Shown piece by piece: positions 25,313 through 28,347 of a stretch of 28,347 nucleotides of DNA. Made by a program: the position numbers and the translations under genes. The DNA is from a virus. Its lineage: Duplodnaviria; Caudoviricetes. A model generated the notes under the pieces. The model had not been told where the DNA came from. It saw only the letters and a list, made by a program, of their open reading frames with translations, and made no database searches. How positions within the stretch are numbered: position 1 is the stretch's first letter; every line of letters starts with the position of its first letter. The stretch spans positions 1-28,347 of IMG/VR virus record IMGVR_UViG_3300037478_000021; one strand, written 5' to 3'.

Positions 25313-25411
25313 CTAGAACGAATCCATCCAGTCTGCTATACGCCTGTGGTCATCAGCTCGACTGCGTCGCACTTGTTCGCGGCGACGTTCTTTACGTTCT
25401 TCATCGGTCAT
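25313..25411 (-). CDS. 32-aa Glu/Arg-rich antisense peptide
   Basis: Not in the ORF track. TAAGGAG-N7-ATG downstream of a consensus promoter; MTDEERKERRREQVRRSRADDHRRIADWMDSF*. Confidence 0.7.
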   Translation of the reverse strand: MTDEERKERRREQVRRSRADDHRRIADWMDSF

Positions 25412-25437
25412 GTAATATCTCCTTACCCTACACTATT

Positions 25438-25466
25438 ATTATACCACATCTAATATAAAATGTCAA
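25438..25466 (-). promoter_or_regulatory. Antisense sigma70-type promoter driving the 32-aa peptide
   Basis: Exact TTGACA-N17-TATAAT with TGn. Confidence 0.85.
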
Positions 25467-25476
25467 GAGGTATTCT

Positions 25477-26238
25477 ATGGAACACACTAACTTCTTTGAG
25501 ACGTTGAAAGAGGCTGAGATGCGTCTCAAAGGTACGATCATCCTGTACGACGGTGACCCTTATTACGTCATTGCTGTTACCGATCACAAGCAGGACGGAG
25601 TCTTTCGGCTGTATCTCGACCCCGTGTCGTCAGAGAACATGACGGTTCAGAACTTCACCCTGCCTGGGTCTGAAATGGCAGGAGGGGGCGTATCTTACGG
25701 TCAGTTACTTGATAACTTCATGGACGCGAACAAGAACGCACCGATGATCCGGAAGAAGATGAACTCTCCGTTGTTCAACAAGTTTCGTCCGTTCCCTCTC
25801 GGCATGTGTAACCTAGGTAAGCACGTCTACTTCCTTGAACGTCGGCCTGCCCGTAAGACTGAACAAGGTTTAATAACTCAAATGCTCGACATCGAGGACA
25901 TCAAGGTTATGGCGGACTCGGGGAAAGGGAAGGTTCCTCACCATTGCTTCTCTATGTTTAACAACGACTTCAGGGCGTGCGTTAAAGGCGAGTACCCTAC
26001 GGCAGCAAGCTGTCTAGCTGCCTTGAAGAACCCCAAGGTCCGTAACAATGCCGCTGCTTTCCACCGTGAGTTCGCCTTCGTTCGTGGTCCTCTCGATACT
26101 CTGTACTTGGCTTACCGGGATCAGGTAGTCGGGTTGCTCCCGTCCGATGACTTCTCGTCTGTGAGACTTGGAAAGAAGTATGCGTACACTCGTGAGGTGG
26201 TTCAAGGGCTCAATCTTTTCCAAACAATCGAAGCTTAG
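25477..26238 (+). CDS. Hypothetical protein of the amidoligase cluster (253 aa)
   Basis: GAGG RBS; FPLGMCN, YFLERRPAR and AAFHREFA segments; lies between the two ligases. Confidence 0.8.
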   Translation: MEHTNFFETLKEAEMRLKGTIILYDGDPYYVIAVTDHKQDGVFRLYLDPVSSENMTVQNFTLPGSEMAGGGVSYGQLLDNFMDANKNAPMIRKKMNSPLFNKFRPFPLGMCNLGKHVYFLERRPARKTEQGLITQMLDIEDIKVMADSGKGKVPHHCFSMFNNDFRACVKGEYPTAASCLAALKNPKVRNNAAAFHREFAFVRGPLDTLYLAYRDQVVGLLPSDDFSSVRLGKKYAYTREVVQGLNLFQTIEA

Positions 26239-26254
26239 AAGTAAGGAGTTTAGT

Positions 26255-27361
26255 GTGGTTCAGCACCAGTTCAGCGTTGAAGAAGACTTGCCTAGGATCT
26301 ATCCCCCTATCGGCATTCTCCTGAAAAGGAAGGCCACGAAAGGGACTATTGGCCTTGAGATTGAGTGCGAGGGCAACAGTTTTAAGAAAGAAGGTTTGCC
26401 CGCCCCGTGGACGTTCCATGTGGACCACTCCTTGCGGGGTCAGGATAACGCCGAGTACGTCCTAGCAAAGCCTATAGAGATTGACAGAGTTCCCGAGGCC
26501 CTCGACAAACTGTGGGGGATGTTCGAACAACACGGTACTGTACTCGCTGACAGTAACAGGACCAGCACCCACGTCCACCTGAACGTACAAGACTGGTACT
26601 TGAACCGATTGACGTCGTTCCTTACGATGTACTTCTGCGTCGAGGAACTACTGACGGCGTGGTGTGGTGAACACAGGATCGGAAATCTTTTCTGTCTTCG
26701 TGCCAAGGACGCCCCGGCTATTGTCTCTCACCTCCGGCACTTCATCCGAACCGACGGTCGGTACCAGATACCAGAAAGTTTTCACTACGCTGGTTTGAAC
26801 GCTCAGGCGTTGTTCAAGTTCGGGTCGCTCGAAATCAGAACGCTTCGTGGTCCAACCGACAAGCAAGTCATCCTTGACTGGGTGTCTATGCTTGAGCGTC
26901 TGTACACCTTGTCAGCTGAGTACGACGATCCACGTGACATTTGCGGGCTGTTCTCCTCAGGCGGTCCTATGAACTTCCTTAGTGCCCTCCTAGGGCCTCA
27001 GGAGGCCGTACTGAGGGGTGGTATTAGCTACACTGACGAAATGATCCGTGACGCGATGTACTATGGTATCCGACTTGTGCAAGACTTGGTGTACTGCCGT
27101 GACTGGGTGGCGTACAAACCTACGGCAATTAAGGCTGATCCGTTTGGACGTGATCCAATGAAAGCGTTGAACACTTTGTCAAATATGGCCACCTTGAACC
27201 AACTTCAAAATGCGCAGGCTCTTGCTGCGTACGCCGGCCAAGAGGTTACTTGGGCAACGCAGCCGGGCTGGAACCCGCCTGAGCCGGTCTTCGAGACGGA
27301 CGAGGAAGACGAGGACTTCGAGCCTGACTTTGATGAAGACGAGGAGGATATACCACAATGA
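26255..27361 (+). CDS. Putative amidoligase (Amidoligase_2, glutamine-synthetase-like COOH-NH2 ligase) with acidic tail
   Basis: IGLEIECEG, DHSLRG..AEYV, RTSTHVHLNV, YAGLN, GSLEIRTL; AAGGAG before GTG 26255. Confidence 0.88.
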   Translation: MVQHQFSVEEDLPRIYPPIGILLKRKATKGTIGLEIECEGNSFKKEGLPAPWTFHVDHSLRGQDNAEYVLAKPIEIDRVPEALDKLWGMFEQHGTVLADSNRTSTHVHLNVQDWYLNRLTSFLTMYFCVEELLTAWCGEHRIGNLFCLRAKDAPAIVSHLRHFIRTDGRYQIPESFHYAGLNAQALFKFGSLEIRTLRGPTDKQVILDWVSMLERLYTLSAEYDDPRDICGLFSSGGPMNFLSALLGPQEAVLRGGISYTDEMIRDAMYYGIRLVQDLVYCRDWVAYKPTAIKADPFGRDPMKALNTLSNMATLNQLQNAQALAAYAGQEVTWATQPGWNPPEPVFETDEEDEDFEPDFDEDEEDIPQ

Positions 27362-28128
27362 GATATCGCATCTTACCGTACCGGCAAGGAAGCGTCAGTG
27401 CCCGTGCTCTGGCCCACCTTCTAGGAGGGCTCGTCCTCAAGCTGGAGGGATCGAAGTACCGGCCTAAGGCCGACGACTTGATTATCAACTGGGGAAACAC
27501 AGTGAAGACGTTTGACTTCCACTGTCTCAACCCAGTTGATAAGATTAAGACGGCTTCGAATAAGCTGAAGTTTTTTAACACCATGAAAGGAGCCGGGCAT
27601 GAAACGCTTTGTCCTCGATATTTTGATAACAGTAGCGATATTCCTGATGACGTTTATCCTGTTCTGTGTAGGACTAGTCTTTCTGGTCACAGCGGGGAGG
27701 GTATTGTAATAGCGAACACCCCGGAGGAGCTTGTTCCGGCCCCTCTGTACGTCGCTTACGTCAAGAAGCAAGACGAGTACCGCATACACGTCGGTAAGTA
27801 CACGAACGACGACGGGACCCCTAGCCCTGTTGTTATCAGTCAGCAGCGAAAGGCTCGTCGTCTTGCTGTACCTGACGACCAAGTCAACTGGCAAATACGT
27901 AATCACGCCAACGGTTTCGTGTACACACGAGGTAACATCAGCCCTCCTCCCGCTGTTGTTGAGGCGGCTATCACAGGGTTCATGACCACAGGGCTGGACT
28001 TCGGTGCAGTCGATGTCATCTGGAACGAGCAGCAAGCCAGGGCTTACGTCCTTGAAATCAACACCGCTCCGGGTCTAGAGGGGCAAACGATAGCCGACTA
28101 TGCTGCATTCTTTGTAGGAGATTTGTAG
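27358..28128 (+). CDS. ATP-grasp peptide ligase (RimK/YheCD-like)
   Basis: IINWG, ASNKLKFF, EYRIHV, IRNHANGF, LDFGAVDVIW, VLEINTAPGL. Confidence 0.92.
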   Translation: MRYRILPYRQGSVSARALAHLLGGLVLKLEGSKYRPKADDLIINWGNTVKTFDFHCLNPVDKIKTASNKLKFFNTMKGAGHETLCPRYFDNSSDIPDDVYPVLCRTSLSGHSGEGIVIANTPEELVPAPLYVAYVKKQDEYRIHVGKYTNDDGTPSPVVISQQRKARRLAVPDDQVNWQIRNHANGFVYTRGNISPPPAVVEAAITGFMTTGLDFGAVDVIWNEQQARAYVLEINTAPGLEGQTIADYAAFFVGDL

Positions 28129-28346
28129 TGTGCAATAAAATAGAGACTCGCACGTCGTGTAACCACTGCGGGTATCCTTCATCCGAGGCAGCTATCCTAG
28201 GCGACGAAGACTTACTGTGTTCTGCCCATGAGAACTACGTACCGCCGTCAGGAAGAGTGCTTTGTCCCGGATCTCCGGGAGACGGGAGATGGTCACACTT
28301 CCAGGTCTCGGATTGCCAGTGTGACGGCTGCCAGTGGTACGGCTAA
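28128..28346 (+). CDS. Small Cys-rich putative zinc-binding protein
   Basis: AGGAG RBS; CNHC, CSAH and CQCDGC motifs. Confidence 0.55.
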   Translation: MCNKIETRTSCNHCGYPSSEAAILGDEDLLCSAHENYVPPSGRVLCPGSPGDGRWSHFQVSDCQCDGCQWYG

Positions 28347-28347
28347 A

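Noticed and set aside
1-28347. Integrase, repressor, polymerase or lysis cassette
   Set aside because: None recognisable in this window, so lifestyle and host cannot be assigned.

Overview
A 28.3-kb segment of a tailed dsDNA phage with a P22-type podovirus virion. The left half (1-14131, minus strand) is the late module: a small membrane peptide, terS, terL, portal, scaffold, coat, a decoration-like protein, head-tail adaptor, a tail hub apparently split over two genes, a fibre, a gp14-like GNAT and ejection proteins. Bases ~14150-15900 form a mostly non-coding divergent switch with consensus sigma70 promoters, an AT-rich iterated tract, a possible genome terminus and ~480 nt of dense RNA-like structure. 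The right half (plus strand) holds small early genes, including an Sm/Hfq-like protein coupled to a 31-unit (W/G/R)-Ser repeat peptide. These are followed by a phiEco32-type peptide-ligase cluster: GGCT, two GNAT-like paralogues, class I and class II glutamine amidotransferases, a COOH-NH2 ligase, an amidoligase and an ATP-grasp ligase. Four perfect extended -10 promoters with a shared leader lie on the minus strand; three fire antisense into the early operon, one of them driving an unannotated 32-aa charged peptide. All calls come from reading motifs by eye; no searches or folding were run, and the host is not identified.
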